Positions 19,079 to 29,989 of a DNA stretch of 64,000 nt are shown in pieces. The stretch is taken from NCBI GenBank assembly GCA_918797485.1, contig CAKKNE010000005.1:2604001-2668000 (forward strand), written 5' to 3'. Source of the stretch: Pelagomonas calceolata. Its lineage: Eukaryota. The position numbers and the translations under genes were made by a program. A model generated the notes under the pieces. That model saw only the letters and a list, made by a program, of their open reading frames with translations. It was not told the DNA's origin and ran no database searches. Positions within the stretch are counted from its first letter, which is position 1; each line of letters begins with the position of its first letter.

Positions 19079-20071
19079 ATGGACTTCAAGGAAACGCGAC
19101 GCCTGCGCGGCCACGTCGGCGCCGTCCTCTGCGCGCGCTACACGAAAGACGGCGCCTACGCGCTGACGTGCGGCGCCGACCGATCTATAAAATTATGGAA
19201 CCCCGCGCGGGCGGCGCCGGACACCGGAGCGCTGCTCATAAAGAACTACACGGGCCCCCACGCCCGGGAGATCTCGCAAATCTGCGTCGCCGACGACTGC
19301 GCGCGCTTTTGTAGCGTAGGGGGCGACAAAAGTTGTTTTCTATGGGACGTGGCGACGGGCGCCGTGGCACGTAGATGGGAGGACCACGCTGCACGTGTCA
19401 ACTGCTGCGCCTTCTGCGCGCCGGGCGACCAATTACTCGCTACCGGAAGTTACGACCGCACGCTCAAATTTTGGGACCTTCGCAGTAACAACAGGCACCC
19501 GTTACAAACTCTGGACGATTTTGGGGATTCCGTCACGTCCGTGGCCCTGGCGAAGGAGACGGGCGGGTTTGATCAGCCCGCCAAATTCGGCAAGCATGGT
19601 GTTGAGCCCGCGTCACGAAAAAGGCCGGTCGTCACGGAGACGTCCGTGGTCGTGGGCTGCGTCGACGGGAAGGTGCGGACCTATGACCTGAGGAAGGGCA
19701 GGATGCACGCGGACAACTTCAAGGTGCCCGTCACTTCGGTGAAAGTGTCGCGCGACGGCCACGTCGCCGCGGCGTCGTGCTTGGACCGGTCTTGCCGTTT
19801 GATCGAGGTGGCGACGGGCACGCAACTGAATCTCTACAAGGGGCATAAACACGAGACGTACGCGCTGGAATCGTGCTTTTCCCACGACGACGCGTATTTG
19901 TGCTCGGGCTCGGAGGACGGCCGCGTCGTCGTCTGGCGGCTCGTCGAGGCGACGGTCATCGCCGACTTCAAGGCCGCTAACAGTGCGGCGTGCTCCGTGA
20001 GCTGGCACCCGAAGTGCGCTTCTGTTTTAGTCGCGTCCCACGACGGGACCGCGTCGGTGTGGTCTGCCTAA
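19079..20071 (+). CDS. WDR83: WD40 repeat protein WDR83/MORG1
   Basis: CGADRSIKLWNP...LIKNY.G.HAREI, SVGGDK..FLWDVATG, GSYDRTLKFWDLRS. Confidence 0.85.
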   Translation: MDFKETRRLRGHVGAVLCARYTKDGAYALTCGADRSIKLWNPARAAPDTGALLIKNYTGPHAREISQICVADDCARFCSVGGDKSCFLWDVATGAVARRWEDHAARVNCCAFCAPGDQLLATGSYDRTLKFWDLRSNNRHPLQTLDDFGDSVTSVALAKETGGFDQPAKFGKHGVEPASRKRPVVTETSVVVGCVDGKVRTYDLRKGRMHADNFKVPVTSVKVSRDGHVAAASCLDRSCRLIEVATGTQLNLYKGHKHETYALESCFSHDDAYLCSGSEDGRVVVWRLVEATVIADFKAANSAACSVSWHPKCASVLVASHDGTASVWSA

Positions 20072-22846
20072 TGTTGAATCTGTTGTTACATCACATGTGG
20101 CTAGCTCCGAAGATAGGTCGTGGAGCAGCCCACACAGCCGCGGCTCGTCGCCGGCCGCGAGGTCAGCGCCTAACCGCAGCGCCGCGCCGTAGGCCTTCTT
20201 CAGGGCCGCGCCGTCGCTCGACGCCCTACAGCATCGCTTCAGGGACTCGGCGAGCTTCGCGAGCAGGGACCGCGCGACGAGAGGTAAGGCTCCGGCCGTC
20301 GCGCGGTCGCGGCCCACGGACTCGGGCAACGACAGAGCGAGCGCGAGCGTCTTCTCCGCGCCGAGCACGGCCTGGACGGCCTTTGCTGCCGCCTCCGGAT
20401 TGGTATCTCTCAGAAGCACGGTGGCGAGGTCGCAGCGCGTCGATAAAGCGTCGACGGCCCGGGCGCGACTCTGCGACTCCTGAGCAGCTTTGTCGGCGAA
20501 GGCCGTGGCCTGTTGGAGGTGCATTAATGCATCGCCGCTCCCGCCCGAGGCCAAGCGGTAGTGCGCGTCGGCCGCCGTCTCACTATCGTCCGCGTCGGCG
20601 GCGAGCTCTGCCGCGGTCATTAATGCAGCCGGCGCGTCCTGCGGCGGCGCCATGACCGCCAAAGCCAGGGAGGCCCGCGCCGCGCCGCGCTTGGCCTCGC
20701 CGAGCGCGTGCTTCGCGCTGATGGTCGCGACGCCGGGAAAGGGCGTCGCGGCACCAGAGTCTTCATCAGACACCATGTCTGCGAAGGTCTGCAAAGCCTC
20801 GACCAGCGACCCGACCGCCGCGCGCGCCTTGAGGTGCTTCCGCGGCGACGGGCCGCCGTCGCGCGCCGCGACCGTGGCCTGGGCGAAGGCGAGGCGGCCC
20901 CGCAGCCACGCGGCGGTTTGGGCATCTCCTAATCCACGAAACAACTGCACGCCCTCCGAGAAATGCCTCGCCGCCTTCGTGACCCGCGCAACCGTCAAAT
21001 AGTGCTCGCCGAGAGCCGTATAAGCGATGCGCAGGCACGACGCCAGCGCGACGGCCTCGCTCTCGTCGCACCGCCCGTCGTCGCCGCGCAGCGCCGCGAG
21101 CAGCGCCTTGACGGCGCGGCTCAGGTTCGTCTCGACGTCGGCGCCGACGTCGACCGGCAGGTCGCCCCGCAACTTCGCCGGCGGGCCCTTGACCGGCCGC
21201 CGCCGCCGCTGGTCCTCGTCGGACGAGTCGTCGGCCCGCGCTTTCACTTTTGATGTGGGATTGAGATCGGCGCGGTGCTTTGCTAAATTATCGGCCGTCA
21301 CGACGGCCGCACAGAGCGCGTAGGCCATCGCTAACCTCAAACGGAACACCGCCGAAGCGGCCGTCGCCGGGTCCAGCTGCCCGGCCAGCGCGAGGTGCCG
21401 CAACACCAAACCCGGCCGGTGCCGCCGGGAGGCCCGCGACGCGAGCGCCAGGCGCGCCGCGGCGCCGCACACCCTCAAGTTCTTCTCCAGCGCCTTATTT
21501 TCTGAAGACGCCTTCCGCCGCTGCGCTCTTCTCAAAACGGAGAGGCCCGCGGACACGCGCTTGAGCGCCGCATCATCATCCTCCTCGTCGTCGAAGGTGT
21601 CCAGGCGGCAGGGTTTTGATGAAGGGGAGGCGACGCGCCACGCCGCCTTCTCAATGACAAAATCGTCTTCAATAGAGTATGTTCTCGCCACGAGCAGGTG
21701 CGCCTCGGCGACGACGGCGGCGTCCCGCTTGGCATCCGCGAGCGCGACGCACCTATCCAATAATCGCCGCCGCCGTTCCAAATCATCAGTACACCGCCGC
21801 GCGATCCTCAGGCACAGCAACGCACACGCGCGCCCGAACGGCGTCGTCGCTCGCTGCGACTCGACGCGCCACAATTGTAGCGTGGCGCCCTCGCCCCTCG
21901 TCAGACAGTACGTCGCGGCGTCGTCCGTGCAATTTCTCTTCACAAACTCCAAGATAGAGCGTGCCCTAGCCATCGTCGCTAAAGCAACACCGGAATCGCC
22001 GCCGCAGAACGAGGGCAGCGCCTCGGTCTTGAGCAACTGATAGCCCGACACCTCGCCATCTCTATGATAACAGATGGCGCACTCGTCGCAGCCCCCGATC
22101 GTGTTCTCGAGCCACATGTCCAGTGACCGCGCTTCCGTTATGGTCGTCCCCTCTTCAAAATCGTGGACGCCGATCTTCGTCGACGAGTCCGCGCGGCCAT
22201 AAACCACAGTATCCGATCCTAGTAGTAATTCGAGGCCGTCCATGGCGTAGCGCCGCACGCGCGTATAGTCCTCATCCCGCTCTTCTTCGACCAGGTGGAC
22301 GCCGTCCTCCAGTAACAAAGGGCCCTTCGTCGTCGTCGAACCTTGTTGTAGAGCCCGGGGCCGGGCGCAGACGATGACTTCCCCCGTCTCGGGGTCCACG
22401 TCGCCCCAGGCGTCGTCGACGCCCGCGTCGAGCACCAAAGCACCGCCGAGGCGGTGCAGCGCGATCGATTGATTCGAGCCGCTCGCGAGGCCCAGCACCT
22501 TGCGCAGCGACGCCGCGTCCGAGACGAAGTCGACGTCTTCTGAGTGCTCCGACGACACGACGAGCGCCGTCTCCGTTGATACGGAAGTGTCCGGTTGGAC
22601 AGATAGAGACGCGACGGGCCGCAGCGCCACGCTCTGGCGCGCCTGGTCGTCGGTCTCGGACCAGTCGCTCGTCGACGGCACCGAAGCGTCGTCGGCCTCG
22701 GCCTCGCTCGCCGAGACGTCCTCGGCGCCCAAAATCGCGGCCTTGAGCCGTTCCAAGCTCCGCAGCGCCGCGCCGTAGTCCCGGTTGGAGAGCGAGCTGT
22801 TGAGCTGGCCTTGTGCTGCCTCCAGTAACGCGTCGACGTCGTCCAT
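20027..22846 (-). CDS. EDRF1-like protein
   Basis: VDFVSDAASLRKVL, IALHRLGGALVLD, LDMWLEN...AICYH..G.V.GYQLLKTE.LP motifs followed by TPR-like helices. Confidence 0.7.
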   Translation of the reverse strand: MDDVDALLEAAQGQLNSSLSNRDYGAALRSLERLKAAILGAEDVSASEAEADDASVPSTSDWSETDDQARQSVALRPVASLSVQPDTSVSTETALVVSSEHSEDVDFVSDAASLRKVLGLASGSNQSIALHRLGGALVLDAGVDDAWGDVDPETGEVIVCARPRALQQGSTTTKGPLLLEDGVHLVEEERDEDYTRVRRYAMDGLELLLGSDTVVYGRADSSTKIGVHDFEEGTTITEARSLDMWLENTIGGCDECAICYHRDGEVSGYQLLKTEALPSFCGGDSGVALATMARARSILEFVKRNCTDDAATYCLTRGEGATLQLWRVESQRATTPFGRACALLCLRIARRCTDDLERRRRLLDRCVALADAKRDAAVVAEAHLLVARTYSIEDDFVIEKAAWRVASPSSKPCRLDTFDDEEDDDAALKRVSAGLSVLRRAQRRKASSENKALEKNLRVCGAAARLALASRASRRHRPGLVLRHLALAGQLDPATAASAVFRLRLAMAYALCAAVVTADNLAKHRADLNPTSKVKARADDSSDEDQRRRRPVKGPPAKLRGDLPVDVGADVETNLSRAVKALLAALRGDDGRCDESEAVALASCLRIAYTALGEHYLTVARVTKAARHFSEGVQLFRGLGDAQTAAWLRGRLAFAQATVAARDGGPSPRKHLKARAAVGSLVEALQTFADMVSDEDSGAATPFPGVATISAKHALGEAKRGAARASLALAVMAPPQDAPAALMTAAELAADADDSETAADAHYRLASGGSGDALMHLQQATAFADKAAQESQSRARAVDALSTRCDLATVLLRDTNPEAAAKAVQAVLGAEKTLALALSLPESVGRDRATAGALPLVARSLLAKLAESLKRCCRASSDGAALKKAYGAALRLGADLAAGDEPRLCGLLHDLSSELATCDVTTDSTLGRPHRRGPVVGRD

Positions 22847-23065
22847 TTTCTGTGATTGTTGTCCTTTGTGCGTGTTGTCCTACGACGGCGTCATCGCTGC
22901 GCTTGAGTATGAGAGCACTCTCCAACTAGCTTGCTGTGCAGGCCTGCTCGGGCAAAACTGGGCTGGAATTGAAGTCCCGACGGTGTGGCCAGGTCCAGAC
23001 ACGACTTATATCGTATGTATTAGCAAGTTTTTGCGCTGGGGCCGGGTTTTTTGCAATCTGGATGG

Positions 23066-23085
23066 GCTAGGCATTAACACACTAG
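23066..23085. promoter_or_regulatory. CTAG-bounded intergenic motif (reverse, short variant)
   Basis: GCTAGGCATTAACACACTAG. Confidence 0.55.
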
Positions 23086-23348
23086 CACGGGTTTTCCTGG
23101 CCACGCGTATCAGCATCTATCGTTGGCCGTTCTCGTAGGGAATCCATCGATCTCACGCCGCGCCCGTGGCCGGCCGGGGCGCAAGGGCGTTGGCGCTGCA
23201 CACAGCGCTTCGCAGACAGTGTCCTCGACCAGGAGCGAGGGCAGCCATCAAGCTGGCGGCCTCTCTCGACGCCGCCGAGCCTGCCTCGGCGCCGGACGCC
23301 GTCCCGCCGCCCGCGCCGCCGCCCGGCCCCACCAACAAGCGACCACAA

Positions 23349-24074
23349 ATGCGGTCCGCGACGCCGGCGCTAGACCTCCTCAAGGAGAAGCTGCCCGCGA
23401 AGGGCTTTGAGAGAGATGCGGCCGTGCGCCACTTCCACGAAGTGACCGCCGCGACGTCGCTCAACGCGGCGATCTTCGGCGCGCCCGGCGGCGCTTTGCA
23501 GAAGCAGCTCGTCGCGTCCTTTGATTCCTGTCTGACTGCTGTTGGGGAGCTGAAGGCTCGCGTAGCCTCTCTGGAACAATCGCGCGACGCTGCCGAGAAG
23601 CGGGCATTGAACGCGGAGAGCCGGCTGAATGACACGGGCAAGGTCACGCTCGATGATTTGACGGACTTGCGGAAGTCCTTCGAGGCGCCCGCGCAGCCGA
23701 ACAACGACGATTTGAGGGAACGGTGTCGGCGGGCCGAAGCTCGCGCCGACGAGGCCGTTTCTACGATCGAAGGACTGCGGGAGCGGCTCGCGCGCGCGGA
23801 GGAGGCCCTCTCCAACCTGAAAGCGGGCGCCGACGCGTCTTCTTCCGATCTAAAGGCGCGGTGCGACGACGCGGATCGGGAAAGAGCGGACGAGCGGGAA
23901 CTGCGCGCGCGCCTCGACGAGCGCGTCTCGGCTTTGGAGCTGAGCACGGAGGCGACCCAAACGCGGACGACGAACGCGCTCGACGATTTGACGCGGGAGC
24001 ACGGCTTCGTCCTCGAGTGGCGCGCGCGCGCCGAGGAGCAGATCCGGGGGCTGCAGCAGGTCGACGCCGCTTGA
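23349..24074 (+). CDS. Coiled-coil hypothetical protein (start uncertain, may extend upstream)
   Basis: Open frame 23166-24074; first ATG at 23349. Confidence 0.55.
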   Translation: MRSATPALDLLKEKLPAKGFERDAAVRHFHEVTAATSLNAAIFGAPGGALQKQLVASFDSCLTAVGELKARVASLEQSRDAAEKRALNAESRLNDTGKVTLDDLTDLRKSFEAPAQPNNDDLRERCRRAEARADEAVSTIEGLRERLARAEEALSNLKAGADASSSDLKARCDDADRERADERELRARLDERVSALELSTEATQTRTTNALDDLTREHGFVLEWRARAEEQIRGLQQVDAA

Positions 24075-24105
24075 CTTTTTTGCGCGTAATACATACTCCT
24101 TCTTA

Positions 24106-24321
24106 CTAGTAGTAGCCGACGTGGAACGCGAAGGCGACGACTTGCGCGGCGACGTCGGTCGGGAGGCGCGGGAAAGCCTTCGCGGCCAACGCCACGAGCG
24201 TCTGCCGATGAGCCTTTTCGTACGCCGGGAAGCCGACCGCGGCGACCTTGCGCAGGTACGAGTCTTGAGTCAGAGCGTCGGCTACAATTTGTACATCCGT
24301 ACCATAGATATGTGCGTTCAA
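24106..24321 (-). pseudogene. Orphan C-terminal fragment of the ankyrin-protein family represented at 58304-59335
   Basis: YLRKVAAVGFPAYEKAH...FPRLP..V...VVAFAFHVGYY closely resembles YLRMVEAAGGFQAYEKAH...VVAFWAHTGFY; no ATG or ankyrin repeats. Confidence 0.65.
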
Positions 24322-24518
24322 GTGCTCAGAAAGTCGCGCCGCGTCATGCTTTCAGGAAATGTTGCAAAAAAGCTCCTGAAGGCTGTCGGTTTCTTGCCTT
24401 GCGCGAGGCGAGACGTGGAGGTCGAGTTCGCGCGGATGTTACCAGCGGTGACTCCAGGCGACCTCCGCAAGCGCCTACCGAAGCGTCGCAAAAAAAAATA
24501 AAGGTGAAAATATAACTA

Positions 24519-24541
24519 GCTAGCGGTCTGTAACATACTAG
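24519..24541. promoter_or_regulatory. CTAG-bounded intergenic motif (reverse)
   Basis: GCTAGCGGTCTGTAACATACTAG. Confidence 0.7.
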
Positions 24542-24728
24542 AAAGCCAGCCGGTGCGCCCATTTTTAAAGCGCCGGGCTTGTCTGCGGGCTGTAGGGACG
24601 AAAGCACTCGCTCGCAAGACAGCCGTGCACCTCACTTTTGACCTGCTCGTTTCGAACCGGCTGCGGGACCCGCTGTAGCGGCAGCAAGCGCGCCTGAAGC
24701 CGTGCTCGACGTTCGGGTGCGCGCGACG

Positions 24729-27053
24729 ATGAGCACCGCCGTCGAAACCCCACAACAGGCCTTCGGCGCCGACGCGCGCTCGTTGAAAGACTTGATCGAG
24801 GCCAAAGAACGGGAACTGAGCGAGCTCGGCGACTATCGAGTTTCAAGCTTAGAAGCCGCGGTCAAAGAACGCGACGAGAAGTTGAGAAGACTACAGGCGA
24901 CAATTGGGCGACTGAGAGATGATTTCGGCTACAACCTCAAACTAGTTGAAGAGAGAGATGTGGAATTAGCCGCAGCGGAGGAGGCTGTTAGATGTCTGGA
25001 GGATCGACTGAGGGATTCGGATCTGCGGAAGCGCGAACTCACGAAGGACGTCGCCGATCGAAATGAAAAATTGGACCGAGCGGCACGAGCCTTGGCCGAG
25101 CGCGAGGCGACGTGGCGCCAACGCTTCGACGAGCAAAAAGAGGAGCTCGATCAAGCTCGATGGCAGGCGCAGGACGGCGCCCGTAAGAGTAGGGAGGTCG
25201 ACGCGAAGTTACGACTAGACTATGCCTCCAAGCTGAAAGACGCGGCTGACGACGCGGCTCGGAGCCGGGCGGATTTAGAAAGAGCCTTCGAGGAGGCCCA
25301 AGCGAAGCGGGACGCGGATCGGCGAGTTGCCGACGAGGCCTTGCTCGAGGCGCGGCGGGACGCCGAATCCAAGCTGCAGGAGTCGAAGGTGCTGGTGAGG
25401 AAGGCCGAGGACCTGCGAGTCGAGGCCGAGCGATCAGCGGAGGCCTCGTCGCGGAGATGTGCGGAGCTCGAACAGCAGCTCCAAAGAGAACGGTGGGAAC
25501 GGGATGATGATAACCGAAGAGGCAGTCAGCGCGTCTCGGAGCTCGAGGAACGACTTTCAGCTTCGAAGCACGCCTTCGAGCGGTCGCGGGACGAGGCTTC
25601 GGAGCGGCGTACGGAGCTGGAACGACGATTAGATGCGGCCGCCGAATCTCTAAGGAAGGAATCGGACCGGCGCGCGACGGAGTTAAGTGAGTTGCGAGAT
25701 GCCCACCAGGCTTCCCTAGAAAAGACGCTCGCCGAGCAAGCAGCTTTGAGGGATGCGTGCGTGCGCGAGGCTCTACGAGCCGAAAGGCAACAAAATGAGG
25801 TATTGAGGGAGCGTGCTGCGAAAGTGGCGAGCGAGGCGGTGGAGACGGCGCGGCGCGAAAGTCAAAGGGAGGGCGCCAAGGCGCTGGACGAGTTACGAGC
25901 GGCGACGCGGCGCGACGTCACGCAACTGGCACAAAGGTCGGAGCAGATCGAGGGTGCGCTCGAGAATGCGCAAAAAGAGCGTTCGCGATTGGCCCAGGAG
26001 ACGGCCGAGCTCCGAATTGCGCTCGACACGGAACGAAGTGAAGCGTCGGCGAGGTACGGCGATTTGGAGAGAAGAAGAAGGAGAGAGGTCGAGGCCGCGC
26101 GCGCGGAGCTGCCCGAGGGGTATCGGGACGCGTCCGTCGAAAGCGATTTACGAAAACAGCTTGACGAACTGAAGCTGGCGAGAAACCCGGAGACGGAGCG
26201 GTTGGAGGCGGCGCTGGTCGTGGCGAAGAGCGATTTGGCCGAGGCTCGAGCGGAGCTTTCGAGAGAGCGGAAGCGGCGCGTCGTGGCTCCGTCGTCGCCC
26301 GTCAAGCCTACAACTCCAACTAAGTCGAGTGCCATCGACGACGCCGTCGCTTCACAAGGACCGGCCTCGCCCTTATTCTCGGACGACAACGGCGCCGTGT
26401 CTCCCTTGAGGTTAGATATTCCCGCTTCACTGGACTCGGAAGCTCGACCGTCGGCCGTCGAGGCGAGGCAGCGCGAGGTCATCGCGGCCATGCGTAGGGA
26501 TTTGGAGTTGTTGAGGGAGAACGCGGCGAGCGACAAGCAGGAACGGCAAAGGGAGGTGAAGCGGTTGCGGGACCGCGCGAACGAGAGCGACGAACGGCGC
26601 GCCGAGGCGGCCCGCGTCGTGGCGAAGCGCGTCGAGTCCCTGGAGAAAGATGTGGAGGCTCGAGACGCGGAGCTGCGGGCCTTGCGGGCGCGGGCGCCGT
26701 CCGACGACGGGGAACGGGTCAAGCAATTAACAAAAGCAATTCGCGAGTTGACCCGCAAAAATGATGAATTAAGGCGGCAGCGGGACGACGCTAGGGCGGA
26801 ACTCGCGAGATTGCAGACGGAGGAGCCTCCTTTAAGTGCGTCGAAGGAGCTCCGGTCCCTGAAGGCGCAGCTCGCGGCGCGCGATGCCAAACGGGCCGCG
26901 AACCCGCCGCCGCCGCCGGATCGGTATTTATCGCCGCCGCCGGGTGCCGCGTCGAAGGTGCGCGGGGCCCGGGCGCGGAAGGCGCGGGCGCCTCAGGCGC
27001 CGCCGCCGCGAAACTACAACGACCTGCGGAGGGCGTCGGAGGACGCGTCCTGA
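24729..27053 (+). CDS. Coiled-coil protein with CCDC57-like N-terminus
   Basis: LRDDFGYNLKLVEERDVEL resembles the CCDC57 motif EDFxYNLxxxEERDxEL; long coiled coil. Confidence 0.6.
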   Translation: MSTAVETPQQAFGADARSLKDLIEAKERELSELGDYRVSSLEAAVKERDEKLRRLQATIGRLRDDFGYNLKLVEERDVELAAAEEAVRCLEDRLRDSDLRKRELTKDVADRNEKLDRAARALAEREATWRQRFDEQKEELDQARWQAQDGARKSREVDAKLRLDYASKLKDAADDAARSRADLERAFEEAQAKRDADRRVADEALLEARRDAESKLQESKVLVRKAEDLRVEAERSAEASSRRCAELEQQLQRERWERDDDNRRGSQRVSELEERLSASKHAFERSRDEASERRTELERRLDAAAESLRKESDRRATELSELRDAHQASLEKTLAEQAALRDACVREALRAERQQNEVLRERAAKVASEAVETARRESQREGAKALDELRAATRRDVTQLAQRSEQIEGALENAQKERSRLAQETAELRIALDTERSEASARYGDLERRRRREVEAARAELPEGYRDASVESDLRKQLDELKLARNPETERLEAALVVAKSDLAEARAELSRERKRRVVAPSSPVKPTTPTKSSAIDDAVASQGPASPLFSDDNGAVSPLRLDIPASLDSEARPSAVEARQREVIAAMRRDLELLRENAASDKQERQREVKRLRDRANESDERRAEAARVVAKRVESLEKDVEARDAELRALRARAPSDDGERVKQLTKAIRELTRKNDELRRQRDDARAELARLQTEEPPLSASKELRSLKAQLAARDAKRAANPPPPPDRYLSPPPGAASKVRGARARKARAPQAPPPRNYNDLRRASEDAS

Positions 27054-27082
27054 GTTTTTAAGTGGGTCCTTTTTGTCATTAC

Positions 27083-28351
27083 TTATGTCAATTTCGGTAG
27101 AAACTGCGGGAAGAGCGGGAAGGGGGACGGGATCCTTCGACGCGATATGGTGCCATACGGCAGTGACGGCCGTCCCAACGGCGTGCGTCGGAGGGGCTTC
27201 CCTGGATCGCGAAGGGACAGCCAATCCAAGGTGGCATACGCAAGATCGCCGTAGGTCTGCGGCTGTTCACCGGACCAATTTTTCCAGGCTCTGCCGAGTG
27301 GTGTAGGTTCCTCGCCGAAGTTTTCTTCCGGGGACCATTCCTCCTCGCGCGTCCCGCCCGATAAGCCCACGAATAGACACAGCGGGCCGGCCGCAGCTGC
27401 GACCGCGAGATCCGGATCGTGCAGCGTGGCGACCCTTTCCAACAGCGTTTTAAATTGGGATTTATGACTTAGGACAAGCTCTCCTGCGCCCAAGTTGAGA
27501 GTGAGATGTAGTTGATTTGGCGCCCATTCTGGTCCCGTAAAGGGACTGTAATTATTCCACTCGTATACGGCCTCAGGGTTGACCCATTTTCGTCGAGCAC
27601 TCAAAGTTTGACCATAGCCGTAAGCGGACTCATCGGCAAGACCATCGCCCGCGCCGACGTCAAAAAACCATCGGTCTCCAGCTAACGTCTCAACACCGAG
27701 AAGAAATCCCCCTACTCCCCCCTGTATGAGTGCGCCGTACCCATTTTCGTCGTTTCGTGTGTACACCGTAACCATCGCCTCCCAGACCGCTGGACCCGCA
27801 ACAATACCAGGCCGTAAGGACGCCAACGTGACGGGGCACTCGCTCAAATCACCGGGGCGCGGTTCCGCCAGGGGCTCGTCCGCCAGCGCGCATTCCTCGA
27901 CCAGTGCCATCGGCCCACCCGTAATATCGCCACCATGCCTCCAAGCTCGCAGCGCTGGCGTCCGGGTCACGACAGGTTGCTTAATGAATCTTGCCCTCTC
28001 CTTCGGTATAATGTGTAAGCGACGATAGAATTCGGGCGAGCTGTAAAACCCAGTAACCTGTGCCGCGGACGGGACGAATCTGACGCTTCGCAGATAGGCA
28101 TACACGCGGCGCCACGTTCGAAATGTAGCCAACCATGATGCATCGATGTCCTCGTACTGGACCCAGGGCCAGCGCTCGCACACGCACTGGCGCCAGACAA
28201 TTCGTTGGTGATGATTGCCGTCGTCGGCAAGCGCCGAGCGGCAGCGGCAGCAGACGCTCTGCAGTCTGGTGACAGTCCTCCAATCGGCATATTGCGCGAT
28301 CCGCAGGATCAGCTCCGGTCGCAGCAGGTTGAAGGCTTTACTGACCGTCAT
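27083..28351 (-). CDS. F-box protein
   Basis: N-terminal LRPELILRIAQYADWRTVTRLQSVCCRCR...VWRQ.V..RWP. Confidence 0.65.
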   Translation of the reverse strand: MTVSKAFNLLRPELILRIAQYADWRTVTRLQSVCCRCRSALADDGNHHQRIVWRQCVCERWPWVQYEDIDASWLATFRTWRRVYAYLRSVRFVPSAAQVTGFYSSPEFYRRLHIIPKERARFIKQPVVTRTPALRAWRHGGDITGGPMALVEECALADEPLAEPRPGDLSECPVTLASLRPGIVAGPAVWEAMVTVYTRNDENGYGALIQGGVGGFLLGVETLAGDRWFFDVGAGDGLADESAYGYGQTLSARRKWVNPEAVYEWNNYSPFTGPEWAPNQLHLTLNLGAGELVLSHKSQFKTLLERVATLHDPDLAVAAAAGPLCLFVGLSGGTREEEWSPEENFGEEPTPLGRAWKNWSGEQPQTYGDLAYATLDWLSLRDPGKPLRRTPLGRPSLPYGTISRRRIPSPFPLFPQFLPKLT

Positions 28352-28415
28352 TCCGGTATAAATGTCACCGTATCAGGCGCGTACAAGGCACAGCACGACT
28401 TGACCTGCTCGCTTG

Positions 28416-28436
28416 CTAGTGTCTTACGCCGCTAGC
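28416..28436. promoter_or_regulatory. CTAG-bounded intergenic motif
   Basis: CTAGTGTCTTACGCCGCTAGC. Confidence 0.7.
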
Positions 28437-28487
28437 TCTGGTGCAGGGCTTAAAAAAGCTTTGCTACGCGTGCCAGTCCTGCTCAAA

Positions 28488-29972
28488 ATGGCAGCACTTG
28501 CGCAAGCAGCACAACTCCGGACAGCCGCACCACTCAGCAACTTGCGAGGCGATTTAGTGGTGGCCTCCTACAATCTCCTAGCACCCTGCTTCGTGCGCCC
28601 CGTCGACGCGCGCACGGGAACCATCCAAGAGTTCGCCGCGTTTAAGTGGTGCGACGACGCCGTACTCGAATGGCCGCGTCGCCGCGACGCGCTCGCGCAG
28701 ACGCTGCGCCAGATACCGCAGGACTGCGACGTCATCTGCCTGCAAGAGGTCGAGTTTGAGAAGGAAGGCGACAAACGCGTCCCGCCGGCGTGGCTCACCG
28801 ACGCGCTGGCGGGTTTTGAAATTATCGCGTGCAAAGCCAGCATCCTCGAAAGGAACGCCAAGCGAAACTTGAGAGTGGTTGGCAAGGACGTGGCCGTGGC
28901 TAGCGCGGTGGCGGTGGCTGTCGGCCGCGGCTGGAGCGTCGCGTGGACCGGCGAGCACAATGGCACTACGGAGGTGCTTGTCGGTGTCGAGAAAGACGGC
29001 GTCGGCCACGTGGCGGTTGCGTCGGTCCATCTCGACGCCGGCTCGGAGGACAAGCGTGTGCAGCTGCTCGGCGCGACCTTGGCCGCCGCGCGGGCCCGAA
29101 TGGGCGGCGGCCGCAATCTGCGCGTCATCGTCGCCGGAGACATGAACGCCGAGTTCAAAGTCGGTTCAGCTCTAGGTGCCGTCGTGTCGCCGGAGGACGG
29201 CGACGCGGCGGACGCGATACGCGAGTGCACCGTGGCGCTACGACATAGTCCGGATGCGTCCGAGCTCGAGGCTTGGGCGGAGCTGCGCCGGATTGCGCGC
29301 TTCGACATTCAAAAGACGCTGCGGAGCGGCCTGCTGGGCCGCGTGCCCACGGGCGCGACGCGGTGCGGCTATGACCACGAGGTCGCGGGTTCCACGGCGA
29401 TGCGCGCCTGGAGCCTCGACCACCTACTCTATTCGCCGGCGACGCTCGCGCCGGTGGCTCGCTGGGCGACGCTCGAGGCCGACGCCGCGTCGCTTGCCTC
29501 GGGCCTGCCGAACGCGAGCTGGCCCTCCGACCACTTGCCCGTGGCCGCCGCGTTCTCCGTCGCGTATCCATCCGGTCCGCTGAGCGAGGCGGCGACAGCG
29601 GGGCTCCGGCGGTTGGCGCAAGCCGAGGCCGACGCCAACGCAGCCTACGCTGCCGCCGACGCGGACGACGCGGCCGCCGACGCCGCGGAGAAGCCGCCCA
29701 AAGGCGGTGGGAAAAAGCAGCGCCAGAGGTGCAAGCCGACGCCCGAGGCCATCGAGCGCAAGCGGCGGCGGCGGCAGCGCAGGCAGGACCACCACGCAGC
29801 GCTAGGCGCGCGCCGCGCGGAATTCGTCGCGGCGCTCGACGAGCACGACTACGACGCGCTCGAGGCGCGCGCGCTCCTCCTCAGACTGGAGCACCACATA
29901 TCATGTAAGGCCCCGGATGCGCTGGAGACGTGGGCGGCAGCGACGTTGGAGCCAGTGGAAGATCTCTTGTAA
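28488..29972 (+). CDS. Endonuclease/exonuclease/phosphatase (CCR4/nocturnin/Angel-like)
   Basis: SYNLLA, DVICLQEV, SVHLDA, AGDMN, LDHLLYS, WPSDHLPV. Confidence 0.85.
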   Translation: MAALAQAAQLRTAAPLSNLRGDLVVASYNLLAPCFVRPVDARTGTIQEFAAFKWCDDAVLEWPRRRDALAQTLRQIPQDCDVICLQEVEFEKEGDKRVPPAWLTDALAGFEIIACKASILERNAKRNLRVVGKDVAVASAVAVAVGRGWSVAWTGEHNGTTEVLVGVEKDGVGHVAVASVHLDAGSEDKRVQLLGATLAAARARMGGGRNLRVIVAGDMNAEFKVGSALGAVVSPEDGDAADAIRECTVALRHSPDASELEAWAELRRIARFDIQKTLRSGLLGRVPTGATRCGYDHEVAGSTAMRAWSLDHLLYSPATLAPVARWATLEADAASLASGLPNASWPSDHLPVAAAFSVAYPSGPLSEAATAGLRRLAQAEADANAAYAAADADDAAADAAEKPPKGGGKKQRQRCKPTPEAIERKRRRRQRRQDHHAALGARRAEFVAALDEHDYDALEARALLLRLEHHISCKAPDALETWAAATLEPVEDLL

Positions 29973-29989
29973 GTGTCTAGTGTAAAATC

